Source: a virus
Reading direction: 5' to 3' (one strand)
IMG/VR virus record: IMGVR_UViG_3300031369_000001
Location: 38,615 to 102,614 of that record
Length of the DNA stretch: 64,000 nt
How positions within the stretch are numbered: the stretch's first letter is position 1; every line of letters starts with the position of its first letter. The notes beneath the pieces were generated by a model, which did no database searches, was not told the origin of the DNA, and saw only the letters and a program-made list of their open reading frames with translations. Of this stretch, positions 47,340 through 57,066 are shown piece after piece. The position numbers and the translations under genes were made by a program.

Positions 47340-49598
47340 ATGACTGTTAAAGGTTATGGTTTAGGAGAATATGGTACGATAGAACCTTGGGGTTCTGTAG
47401 AATATCCCACTGCTACTGGTTTACATAATTCTGTTAATACTGATTTTATGGGGATACTCCAAGCTATTTCTGGGATAATAGGTGAATCTGATAATGAGTT
47501 AGGTGGATTATACTCTACTAGATTAGTTTTTGTCGGAAGCATTGGGGACACAGAAATAGAAGTAGAATCTACATTAAATTGGTCCTATCCTGGTAAATTA
47601 GCAATAGATGGTATTTTATATTATTATGTTAGTATTGTAGGAAATACAATAGGCGGATTGTACTATATCAATGAAAGTATTATTGAACTTGGATTAGCAA
47701 AAATACATAATGTAGATTCTGAAGTAGTTAATGTAAATGAAAATCTTAATGCAATTCAATTGGCAAAAAAAAGTTTGTTGGTTAGTTATGCTGAGGATGA
47801 ATATTTAGATGCTATTGGGCGAAAATATGGTGTACCACGAAAGCCTTTATATGGGGATAATGATACTTATAGAGAAATAATTAAAGCTATAGCATTTGCG
47901 CCTAGAGGTACTATTTATGGAATAGAATTAGCATTAAATGCTTTATTAGGTGTTGGTAATTACGAAATATATGAAGATTTAATACAATATCCTAATGTTG
48001 TATTTATTAAGATAAATGAATCTTATTTTTTAAATGATACACCATACGGAGAAACTTATATATCTGAAAATTTATTTGGTTTCATTAGTGGTGGATCATA
48101 TAACACAATTGTATTGCCATATAGTCCATTAAAAGTTTCTTATGCAAAATTAAAAGATTTAGGAGAAACCTTTGATTTTAGAAACGAAATTCCTTCAGAT
48201 AGTATGTATGAGTATTTTGAAGGAAATGGATTAGATCATGCATTTACTTATTACGGTTCTGCTAGTGAATCTGATGTAACTGCTAATGGTGATTATACTA
48301 ATTTTAATTTGTCATCTTCTGGATCCTTATATTATGAAATGTCTGATGTTCAAGGATCTCGAATTACAGTTGATTCAGATGTAGAATTAAATTTTGTAAT
48401 TCGTATACCAAGTACTTCTTCATTAGCAAATGGTATATTAAAGCAAGTTTATTTTGCTATTTATGATGGAAGTAAAATTGTTAATTTTGGTCTTAATGAT
48501 GATTATAGTATAGGTTTATTTGATACTGAGGCAGGAGGATTTATTGGTGGATCCTATACTTTGCTTCTAGATACATTTTATAATGTTAAAATAGTTAAAT
48601 TAAAAAATACTAGTGTTTCTTTATATGTAAACGGTATCATTGTTTCTAATATATCATATACTTCATTTACTACATCAACTGTTTTACATAAAATACTTTT
48701 TGGAATTTTAGGAGCACCTCCTACTATTGGCGGATCTTTTGATATTAAACAATTAGGTATACACATTAAAAATTATAAAGATTACTGGTTTTCTGAATAC
48801 AATAATGTAGGTAGTGTTGATAGTTTATCACCGACAGTTTTTAACATAACAGGTAGTCATTTATTTACTAGTAATGACGTTGGTAAGTACTTTCAAGTCA
48901 AGGGGTCATCTATTTCTAATTTATATGGTGGCAATAATAATGTAATTGGGAAAATAAAAAACGTGTTATCTACAACTAGTATAGTATTAGAGCCTATAGA
49001 ATATAGTAGATGTATAATTGGGGTATTAGGTAATAATAATATTTTAAAATTAGGAGATAATCATACTAAATTTACATATCCTGATGATTTAGGAAAAAAG
49101 ATAGAAATCAATAATTCTAATTTAGGAAATAATGGTACCTATACTATTATTGATTTACTAGTTGAAGGTTTTTTGGAAAATTATGGAGTAATTAAGTCTA
49201 TTGGGTCCTACCTTACAAATAATAAAGAATATACAAATATAGCTGTACTAAACGCTACATTAATTCCTGAAGAAAATTTGGATATTCAAATATTGATATC
49301 TTTTGAAACAGAATCTAATCTAGATTTTATTCATTCAGATACTGGGTCTAAAATTAGTGATACATTGACTTTACGATCTGGTCTATGGAATAGTGATTTA
49401 GTTATGGACATAGGGATAAGTAATGCGTTATCAGCCCAATTATTACAAGATCATCTTGTACATAATAATATCATAAGTACTTCTCCATTACTTTATAAAT
49501 ATTATCCATTTTATTTATCTGATGTTTTTGGGGAATTAGAAGAATTTTTAGAAGATCTGACTATTGCGGGAGTAATTCCTAAATTGTTAGGAAAGTGA
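47340..49598 (+). CDS. Baseplate wedge (P2 gpI-like) with inserted lectin-like region
   Basis: YLDAIGRKYGVPR...DTYREII...PRGTIYGI; C-terminal IAGV. Confidence 0.65.
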   Translation: MTVKGYGLGEYGTIEPWGSVEYPTATGLHNSVNTDFMGILQAISGIIGESDNELGGLYSTRLVFVGSIGDTEIEVESTLNWSYPGKLAIDGILYYYVSIVGNTIGGLYYINESIIELGLAKIHNVDSEVVNVNENLNAIQLAKKSLLVSYAEDEYLDAIGRKYGVPRKPLYGDNDTYREIIKAIAFAPRGTIYGIELALNALLGVGNYEIYEDLIQYPNVVFIKINESYFLNDTPYGETYISENLFGFISGGSYNTIVLPYSPLKVSYAKLKDLGETFDFRNEIPSDSMYEYFEGNGLDHAFTYYGSASESDVTANGDYTNFNLSSSGSLYYEMSDVQGSRITVDSDVELNFVIRIPSTSSLANGILKQVYFAIYDGSKIVNFGLNDDYSIGLFDTEAGGFIGGSYTLLLDTFYNVKIVKLKNTSVSLYVNGIIVSNISYTSFTTSTVLHKILFGILGAPPTIGGSFDIKQLGIHIKNYKDYWFSEYNNVGSVDSLSPTVFNITGSHLFTSNDVGKYFQVKGSSISNLYGGNNNVIGKIKNVLSTTSIVLEPIEYSRCIIGVLGNNNILKLGDNHTKFTYPDDLGKKIEINNSNLGNNGTYTIIDLLVEGFLENYGVIKSIGSYLTNNKEYTNIAVLNATLIPEENLDIQILISFETESNLDFIHSDTGSKISDTLTLRSGLWNSDLVMDIGISNALSAQLLQDHLVHNNIISTSPLLYKYYPFYLSDVFGELEEFLEDLTIAGVIPKLLGK

Positions 49599-49604
49599 GG
49601 AATA

Positions 49605-51788
49605 ATGAAAAAATTATTAAGAGTACAATCTAATGAACGAGTAGATTTTAATGATTTTAAATTTTTAGCAGGAGATAGCGTTACTGCTCAAATTAGGGAA
49701 TTAGTAAATCAGTTTATATGTAATCCAGATGAATACAATCAAAGTATCATTTCGGGATTTGCAATGTCTAATCCATCTGGAAATCAAGTAAGGGTGGATA
49801 AAGGGAAAGCTATATTACACCAAAGAGTTGACGGTTCAGTTATTTATTCAATATTGGCTACTGAAGGAGAAGATTACAGGATAATAGACATATCTACTTA
49901 TCCTGATAATTCCTACAATATTTATATTAGATTTGACTTAATACCAAGTGACAATGAAGGTCGTATATTTTGGAACCCATCCGGTAATGGATCAGAGTAT
50001 ACACAGGCAATAGAGACTCGTTATTCTGCTAATTGGTCTATTCGTATAGAAACTAGTATTCCTGGTGAAGAATGGTTTTTAATCGGTACAGTTGTCAAAC
50101 CAGGTATGTCTATTATTGATAAACGTGATTTTTATTTTGAAGGTTCTGTTGAGAATAATTATCAAACTGGTTGGAGTAGTGATGGAGGAGGAAGTAGTAT
50201 CGATAGAAATGATAATAGAAGTTTGTATGGTGTAACTGATTTACATACATTTGTTAAAGCTATGCAACAATGCATTATTGATATAAAAGGTCGGGGTTTA
50301 CGTAATTGGTGGGATAAAGATATTGGTGGAATGAATGTTGGGTTTGATGATGACCCTATTGAAAATGTTCTAGGAATAGGAGATTCTAATTTCTTTTTGA
50401 AATTAGAAGGTAGTCCTACTACTGGAGTATGCACTATTAATTTTGATACAGATTCCCATTTAAAATATGGTAGAGTAGAAGATTCTTTGACTTTTTCTTT
50501 ATCTAATAAAACATTACTTAAATTGCGAAATGGGGATGATATTTCAGTAAATGGTGGAAGGCTTATTAGTTGTTGCTTAGATGATAATGCCCCAACTTTG
50601 GCTACTTATAAAATAGATGAATTTAAAATTTTGGAAACTACTAATATTTATACAGGAGGAAATCTAAATTCTTTTATTAGTAGGTCTAATCAATGGTATA
50701 AGGAGAATGGTACTAATATATTTCCTAGAGCGCAATTACTGGAAGGATTGAATGTTGTAACGGGTATTGATCATTATGCAGGTGGATCTTTTAGCATAAG
50801 TAATTTAGTTAATTCAATTAGAATTGAACCAGGTGTAGCATACATAAATGGTGCTACTATGTTTGTGAAAGATAGTAGTGGCCAATCAATTGTTTTATCT
50901 GATTTATGGAATGGTGATTCTAATGGCGGATTAACTGCTGAAGCAAAGACTTATATAGGAAGTGCCACAAATGGATATGAAAATTGTTTTTGTCTTTATG
51001 TCTGGCTACGTAAAGATGGTACTTTTTGGCTTGAACCATTTGGTCCAGACATTGACTCGAGAATACCTTGGAAATATGGAGGACCAAGGGTTAAGCCTAG
51101 ATCTCAATCCGGTTTACCCCAAACTGGTTTTAGAGATGATGAATATTTATTAATTGATGTATGCTGGTTAGTACATGGAAAAGCAGCAACGGGTTCTTCT
51201 AGTGATATTATTAATCTATCTGGAGCACTTTATACAGGTGGAGATTATCGTTCTTTTGAAGTAGCTAATTATTTAAGTACTGAAGTAAATGGTACTATTT
51301 TTTATACAAGTGATTTATCTTCTGGGTACCATTACATTGATTTGGATTATGTTGACACAGGAGGTGCTTATCAGAGAAGATCTCCAGGTATACCTGGAGC
51401 ACTTAGTAGAATGGCAAGAGTAGCGATAGTTGGGACTGTTCAGTTAGATCCTAGTGCGTCTGTTAATTTATATATAGGAATGGGTAAATATATATCAGGA
51501 AGTTCCTTGAATTGTGATTCTATTGATCAAGGATGTGGTTTTTGTGTGAGTGAAGAAAATAATTTTGGAAGTAATATTACTATACCTTTTAGAGGTACAG
51601 CGGATATAGAAACAAGTCCTTATATGGATAATACTGTAAGTGGGGGAGGTAGAATTAGAAATAAATTAATTACCTTTTTAGGAGGTAGTGGAACTTTTAC
51701 TATTAGTTTGTCTTTAAGCTTAGTTGGGTTTTATTGGAATAGAAAAGATGTTAATATATTGTCTAGATCGATTGAAACTGTTTCCTAA
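49605..51788 (+). CDS. Baseplate/tail fibre protein
   Basis: ERVDFNDF N-terminus, IEPGVAYING; position. Confidence 0.6.
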   Translation: MKKLLRVQSNERVDFNDFKFLAGDSVTAQIRELVNQFICNPDEYNQSIISGFAMSNPSGNQVRVDKGKAILHQRVDGSVIYSILATEGEDYRIIDISTYPDNSYNIYIRFDLIPSDNEGRIFWNPSGNGSEYTQAIETRYSANWSIRIETSIPGEEWFLIGTVVKPGMSIIDKRDFYFEGSVENNYQTGWSSDGGGSSIDRNDNRSLYGVTDLHTFVKAMQQCIIDIKGRGLRNWWDKDIGGMNVGFDDDPIENVLGIGDSNFFLKLEGSPTTGVCTINFDTDSHLKYGRVEDSLTFSLSNKTLLKLRNGDDISVNGGRLISCCLDDNAPTLATYKIDEFKILETTNIYTGGNLNSFISRSNQWYKENGTNIFPRAQLLEGLNVVTGIDHYAGGSFSISNLVNSIRIEPGVAYINGATMFVKDSSGQSIVLSDLWNGDSNGGLTAEAKTYIGSATNGYENCFCLYVWLRKDGTFWLEPFGPDIDSRIPWKYGGPRVKPRSQSGLPQTGFRDDEYLLIDVCWLVHGKAATGSSSDIINLSGALYTGGDYRSFEVANYLSTEVNGTIFYTSDLSSGYHYIDLDYVDTGGAYQRRSPGIPGALSRMARVAIVGTVQLDPSASVNLYIGMGKYISGSSLNCDSIDQGCGFCVSEENNFGSNITIPFRGTADIETSPYMDNTVSGGGRIRNKLITFLGGSGTFTISLSLSLVGFYWNRKDVNILSRSIETVS

Positions 51789-51817
51789 TTTATAGGAACT
51801 ACAAAAGGAGTTTTGCA

Positions 51818-52123
51818 ATGTCTGAAAGTGCTAGTATTTATCCATTAACGCAAGAATCATTAAAAGATTTAATTGAGGGAAATATTTCCGCAGTAAATGA
51901 TGAAACAAAATATCTAGTTTCTGAGCTAATTAAAGCAAAAGAGTTTGTTACTCAAAATCTTCCTAAATTACAAGAATTGAAAAATCAAGCTACTGCCTTA
52001 GCTAAAGAGATTGAATTTATGGATTATCGTTTTAAAACTTTACAAACTGATTTAAGGAATATTTGGCCTTCAAATTCTATCCCTTCTACTGAAGAACATC
52101 GGGTTCCGAAGATTAATTCCTAA
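51818..52123 (+). CDS. Small coiled-coil protein
   Basis: AAGGAG RBS; last gene of late operon. Confidence 0.6.
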   Translation: MSESASIYPLTQESLKDLIEGNISAVNDETKYLVSELIKAKEFVTQNLPKLQELKNQATALAKEIEFMDYRFKTLQTDLRNIWPSNSIPSTEEHRVPKINS

Positions 52124-52188
52124 TAATTTCAATTCTTTACATTTTTTTTCAAAAAAATTTTAAAAGTTTTTAGGTTTTATCCGTCTTT

Positions 52189-52222
52189 AAACGTACTGCT
52201 TACGCAGTACGTTTTTTCTTTT
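52189..52222 (+). terminator. Rho-independent terminator of the structural operon
   Basis: aaacgtactgc-ttac-gcagtacgttt followed by a T tract. Confidence 0.8.
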
Positions 52223-52324
52223 AAGATTTAAAGATTTAAAGATATTAGGTATAGAAGTACATGCATGGATATTCAAGAATTTATTATTGAATATCCTGCA
52301 TCCCCGAAGGGAATGAGAAAGTAG

Positions 52325-52353
52325 TTGCTTTTACCGGCAAAATGCCTTATAAA
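52325..52353 (+). promoter_or_regulatory. Sigma70-type promoter
   Basis: TTGCTT-N17-TATAAA upstream of ORF 52378. Confidence 0.45.
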
Positions 52354-52377
52354 TCTGTGATGTAGGAAGGAAGTTTT

Positions 52378-52554
52378 ATGACTTTAATTTTTACATTTTA
52401 TTGTTCTTCTTGTAAGGATGAATTTTGTTATCAAATATCTCAAAAAGGTAGTATGCACACAGATAAACCTTTTGTAGACATGACTTACCTTAAAGAATGG
52501 ATTGAAAAAATTATTTCAGGCGCAGTTGTTAAAATTGAAAAAGTAGTAAAGTAA
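52378..52554 (+). CDS. Small protein (58 aa, not in ORF track)
   Basis: AGGAAGG RBS; MTLIFTFYCSSCKDEFC... Confidence 0.55.
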   Translation: MTLIFTFYCSSCKDEFCYQISQKGSMHTDKPFVDMTYLKEWIEKIISGAVVKIEKVVK

Positions 52555-52559
52555 TTACA

Positions 52560-53141
52560 ATGAAATTCAAAGATATACCCCAGTTTACTCGTGATGGAAA
52601 TTATGTAGTTAATGTTTCTTGGAGATATTTAGAAGAAACATTAAATCATTATAAAGAAGATTTTGAGTTACAGTTAGATCCAGATTTTCAAAGACCACAT
52701 GTATGGGATTTGGAAAAACAACAACGTTATGTTGAATTCATTTTGCGAGGAGGAAAATCTTCTCGCGATATTTATTTTAACCAAGCCAATTGGATGCGTT
52801 GGAAAAAGGATACAGATTTAAAAAATCCTTTAGTATTAGTAGATGGAAAACAACGTTTAAATGCTGTTAGATTATTTCTTAATAACGAAATAAAAGCATT
52901 TGGATGTTATTTTAAAGAATTTGAGGATTCTTTACATATTACTGTGGATTTTATATTTCATGTTAATAGTTTATATACTAGAAAAGAAGTGTTACAATGG
53001 TATTTAGATCTTAATAGTGGCGGAGTAGTTCATACTGAAGAAGAGTTGGATCACGTTCGCAAATTATTATTAAAAGAAATAAGCGGAATAGATTTAGATT
53101 ATTATCATAAAGGGATAAAACGAAAAGCCATTAAAAATTAA
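52560..53141 (+). CDS. DUF262 (ParB/Srx-fold, GmrS-like) protein
   Basis: PDFQRPHVW, LVDGKQRL, LNSGG. Confidence 0.85.
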   Translation: MKFKDIPQFTRDGNYVVNVSWRYLEETLNHYKEDFELQLDPDFQRPHVWDLEKQQRYVEFILRGGKSSRDIYFNQANWMRWKKDTDLKNPLVLVDGKQRLNAVRLFLNNEIKAFGCYFKEFEDSLHITVDFIFHVNSLYTRKEVLQWYLDLNSGGVVHTEEELDHVRKLLLKEISGIDLDYYHKGIKRKAIKN

Positions 53142-53175
53142 TAATATGAAATTTAATTTAATTATAATAGTTCAT

Positions 53176-53484
53176 ATGCTTAAGGTATTAATCAATGATA
53201 AAGTATTGATTAATACGTGTTCGATAAAATATTTTAAATACAAAAAATGTTTAAATAATATTTTTATATCAAATGCGTATTACGCTGTGGATTACGTTGT
53301 TTTAGTAATACGCATTTTGGTATATAATAAACACCAACCTTCGTCTACATTAGATAAACCACCTTAACGCATTAAATAATTTGATTGCGATAACCGGTTT
53401 TTGTTTGTTTTGGTTGCCTCCTTTGTATTGAAATATGTTTTCTACGTGGCGCCGTTTAATTGCGTAGATAGGTACAAAGGAGGC
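53176..53484. ncRNA. Putative structured non-coding RNA
   Basis: Four hairpins plus closing stems, see findings; no family recognised. Confidence 0.4.
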
Positions 53485-53487
53485 TTT

Positions 53488-53571
53488 GCCGGGATGGTGG
53501 AACAGGTAGACACAAGGGACTTAAAATCCCTCGGGGGCAACCCCATACGGGTTCGATTCCCGTTCTCGGCA
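53488..53571 (+). tRNA. tRNA-Leu (anticodon TAA)
   Basis: GCCGGGA acceptor stem, GGTAGAC D-loop, GGGA-CTTAAAA-TCCC anticodon arm, long variable arm, GTTCGATTC T-loop; CCA not encoded. Confidence 0.95.
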
Positions 53572-53591
53572 CTATAGAAAGGAGCAATAAA

Positions 53592-53831
53592 ATGAGTAAT
53601 AAAACACATGCGCTTACAGAAAAAGAGATCAAATTATTGAAAAAGGGGGATAGATTAAAAGTTTTAAGTAGTTATTGTCTAGCTTATGCTAGGGATAATG
53701 ATATTGTAATTTATATAGAAACTCATAAATACGAAGGAGATGATGTATATTATATACAATGTAAAAATAAAAAAGGGGAAATTTTTTCATGGAGTTCTAG
53801 GCGTTTTGGTTTATTAAAGGAAAAGGAGTAA
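53592..53831 (+). CDS. Hypothetical SH3-like protein
   Basis: AAGGAG RBS; LKKGDRLKV. Confidence 0.6.
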   Translation: MSNKTHALTEKEIKLLKKGDRLKVLSSYCLAYARDNDIVIYIETHKYEGDDVYYIQCKNKKGEIFSWSSRRFGLLKEKE

Positions 53832-53835
53832 TATA

Positions 53836-54177
53836 ATGTTACGAATAATTGGTGAAAGAGGTACAGGTAGAACTACGGCGGCTTTTGCAATTGCGAAAGA
53901 GTTTAATGCAATTGTGGTTGTTCCTGAAAGAAGTACTGCACAAATATATGAAGAAGTGATGGGTAAAGGAAATATATGTGCGGCTCAAGATTTAGAGTTA
54001 TTGCTTAGGGGAGGTAGAATAGGTAGGGAAATCAATATTGTTTTGGATGAATGTTCTATGGAGGAAGGTGATTACTTAATTGATAAGTTTTTAGGCAAAG
54101 GTATTACTTTGAAAGTAGTCGCATATACTTTTACTTTAGAGCCTGATTTTGATTTATTTGTTACCAAAAATCTATGA
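53836..54177 (+). CDS. Short degenerate P-loop protein
   Basis: IIGERGTGRTT and IVLDE. Confidence 0.55.
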   Translation: MLRIIGERGTGRTTAAFAIAKEFNAIVVVPERSTAQIYEEVMGKGNICAAQDLELLLRGGRIGREINIVLDECSMEEGDYLIDKFLGKGITLKVVAYTFTLEPDFDLFVTKNL

Positions 54178-54267
54178 TCATAGAAAATAATTCATTAGTT
54201 ATTTGCATCACTGTTTTGTGTACATGGATACTTTGTCATGTATTACAATATTTGATTAATTTATGAA

Positions 54268-55749
54268 ATGATTACTTTGTATGTAGAAAATAATCGTACC
54301 TATATTGAAGGTGCGAGTAGTGCTATACTCGATGTTATTGATCAAGTAATTCGTTATCCGTCAAATTTGGTGGTAGATTCTACTGTGCAATTAGTAAATG
54401 AAATGAGAACTTGGGATGGTTGGGTAAGACTATTGAATCGTCCTAAGACGATGCTTCCATGGTTTCTTACTGGTTTAATTGGCTATGTATACAACATATT
54501 AGTACAACATTCTATTCCAGCTAACGTAGTAGATAAAAGAATCAGACCTAGAGATAATTTACCTGAAATGGTGGACATACCGTTAAGGGATTATCAAAAA
54601 GAGGCGGTTAAACAGGCTTATAGGTGGGGCAGAGGTGTTATAGATATGCCTCCTCGTTCAGGTAAGACTAGGATTGCTTGTGATTTGCAAAGAAGATTAA
54701 ACCATAATACTATTTGGATTGCCCCAACTATTGCTATTATTGAACAAACTAAGCGAGCATTGGATTCATTTTTTTATAAAAATTATTCCATTAAACTATC
54801 TGGTAAAAAAACTTTAAATGAAGCATCCAAATATCCTATTATCCTAACCACACCTAATACAGCTGTAACTTTACCGGATGAATTATACAAAAGTAGGCAA
54901 TGTTTAATTATTGATGAATTTCATAGAGCAGCTGCTATTATGTATCATGATATAATTAAAAAATGTGACCATATTTATTATAGATTTGGAATGACTGGAA
55001 CATTCACTCGTAGTGGAGATGACCTATTAGCCCTTCATTCCGTATTGTCTAATGTATTATACAAGGTAGATAGTAAATATTTATTGGATAATAAATTTCT
55101 GGTACCTACACATGTAGTTTTTGTTCCAGTATTGGGCAATTTAAAATGCAAGACAGGTAACTATAATACTAGTCATGGTAAGTTTGGAATTTCAGAGAAT
55201 AAATATCGAAATCAATTGGTATCTCAATTATCCGTACTTTTGAATAGGACTGGTCGAAGTGTATTGATATTAGTTAATACGAAAGTACAGGGCCAACTAA
55301 TTAAAGATATTTTGTCTAGTTATTTTCTAATGGAAGGACATTCAAAAAATTTACATACCATTGAATTTGTTAATAGCAAAACGCCAACCAATCTCTTAGA
55401 AGATATATTAAAATCTTTTATTGCTAAGCAAGAAGTTAAGATATTGATAGGTACGTCAGTTTTGGGAGAAGGAGTGGATTTACCTACAGCAGATTCACTA
55501 GTATATGCATATGGTCAAAAAGCAGAGGTAACTTTAACACAAAATGCCTATAGAATAGGTACAGCGGTTAAAGGGAAAACTCATGCAATACTGGTCGATT
55601 TTTCAGATAGACACCATAATAAATTATTGAAACATTCTTTAGAAAGGGCTAATACTTATTATGATGAATCTACATTTGATGTATCGGTATTAAATAAAGC
55701 TGAGGATTTTAGTAATTGGTTAAATCAATTTCCTTATAAGGAATATTGA
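54268..55749 (+). CDS. SF2 DNA helicase (UvsW/ResIII-like)
   Basis: LRDYQ, PRSGKT, IIDEFH, MTGT, EGVDLP. Confidence 0.92.
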   Translation: MITLYVENNRTYIEGASSAILDVIDQVIRYPSNLVVDSTVQLVNEMRTWDGWVRLLNRPKTMLPWFLTGLIGYVYNILVQHSIPANVVDKRIRPRDNLPEMVDIPLRDYQKEAVKQAYRWGRGVIDMPPRSGKTRIACDLQRRLNHNTIWIAPTIAIIEQTKRALDSFFYKNYSIKLSGKKTLNEASKYPIILTTPNTAVTLPDELYKSRQCLIIDEFHRAAAIMYHDIIKKCDHIYYRFGMTGTFTRSGDDLLALHSVLSNVLYKVDSKYLLDNKFLVPTHVVFVPVLGNLKCKTGNYNTSHGKFGISENKYRNQLVSQLSVLLNRTGRSVLILVNTKVQGQLIKDILSSYFLMEGHSKNLHTIEFVNSKTPTNLLEDILKSFIAKQEVKILIGTSVLGEGVDLPTADSLVYAYGQKAEVTLTQNAYRIGTAVKGKTHAILVDFSDRHHNKLLKHSLERANTYYDESTFDVSVLNKAEDFSNWLNQFPYKEY

Positions 55750-55764
55750 ATAAAGGAGTATTGT

Positions 55765-56088
55765 ATGTTAATAAATAATGATAGTGGGGTACAAGTAATG
55801 GACAAAGAGCAGTTGAAAAGATGGTTAATAGAATCTGGTAGGAAGTATATACTTATTAATGGCCTCCATTTTATAGATGCTTTGTCTATAGAGGAATTGG
55901 AGTTATTTCAGCAGTTATTAGTCAAATACGAAGAACATAGAAAAACTATTCCTACTGGTCACAATATTACTGAATATAATAAATTTACTGGAGCTAATTA
56001 CACAGTAAAAGAGGTGCGCACATCATTATTAAGCGAAGACGAATTAAAAGAAGTAGGAAAGTTAATTTTATTAAATACAATTAAATAG
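55765..56088 (+). CDS. Hypothetical protein
   Basis: AAGGAG RBS. Confidence 0.6.
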   Translation: MLINNDSGVQVMDKEQLKRWLIESGRKYILINGLHFIDALSIEELELFQQLLVKYEEHRKTIPTGHNITEYNKFTGANYTVKEVRTSLLSEDELKEVGKLILLNTIK

Positions 56089-56102
56089 CTTAAGGAGTTA
56101 AA

Positions 56103-56465
56103 ATGATTCATACAGACGTTTATACAAATAAAGGTATAGATTATCATATAAAGCTTAATACTACTAATTTTCTTATTTATTGGAGACTTAGTAAATTAAA
56201 GTTTATTGAAAACATAAAAGATGGGGTATTTTTTGCATTTCACAGTAATTTCAATATTAAGGAAATTATTATTAATAGTTTTCCTGTAGCTATTCCAATT
56301 GATTTTACTACATTTTATAATACTTATACTGTTTATAATGATCTTTGTTCTGATAATATCATTATTTCAGTGGTCGGAATGGTTGATATTGCTAATTATA
56401 ATAAATTATTGAATTTTATGTTATATAATCATGGGAAAAAATTTTCTATATTGTATAGGTTGTGA
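56103..56465 (+). CDS. Hypothetical protein
   Basis: AAGGAG RBS. Confidence 0.6.
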   Translation: MIHTDVYTNKGIDYHIKLNTTNFLIYWRLSKLKFIENIKDGVFFAFHSNFNIKEIIINSFPVAIPIDFTTFYNTYTVYNDLCSDNIIISVVGMVDIANYNKLLNFMLYNHGKKFSILYRL

Positions 56466-56499
56466 CTGGTAATGCTAGATATTTAAGGAAGGATTCATA

Positions 56500-57066
56500 A
56501 TGCCTTTATATGAACAATTATTTAGAGATTATTGTTATTACCGTGATAAAACGGATAATGTGCGTTTATTAAAAACAAGAGTACCTTATTTAAAGCCGTT
56601 AAAACCGACAAGAGAACGATTACAATTGTTTGATGAATTGGTTCATTGGTGTGCTTCTAAGAATATACCTGTGAGGCAGTGGCTTTACACGTTATTTGTA
56701 ATGAGATACTGGAAATTTGCTCCTAAGTTAGAAATAAGTCATTTATGTTCTGAAAAGCATATACCCAGATTTTACAAAGTAACTGATTACTCATTTTTTA
56801 ATGAGTATACTGGAGTAACTAATCCATCTACTATTCAATTTGATGCTAATAAAGATATAGTTTCGTCAGTGGAACAGCGTAAAAGGGAATTACTAGTAAA
56901 AGGTGGATCTCAATTATGTATGCAGTACATGAAAGAAGAAACTTTTGGTTTTCATCCAAAAAGTATTATTTGTAATCATTGTGACGGCAGGCATACTTGT
57001 TATGCTGAATTAACTAAATTAGTTGGGCAAAAAATAATAGAATTACGGAATTCTGTTAATGAATAG
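56500..57066 (+). CDS. Replication-associated protein with Cys/His cluster
   Basis: Directly upstream of and overlapping the helicase; FHPKS..C..C....C. Confidence 0.55.
   Translation: MPLYEQLFRDYCYYRDKTDNVRLLKTRVPYLKPLKPTRERLQLFDELVHWCASKNIPVRQWLYTLFVMRYWKFAPKLEISHLCSEKHIPRFYKVTDYSFFNEYTGVTNPSTIQFDANKDIVSSVEQRKRELLVKGGSQLCMQYMKEETFGFHPKSIICNHCDGRHTCYAELTKLVGQKIIELRNSVNE

Noticed and set aside
53146-53367. 73-aa ORF as a real gene
   Set aside because: No RBS, composition reflects AT-rich DNA, and it coincides with a set of hairpins
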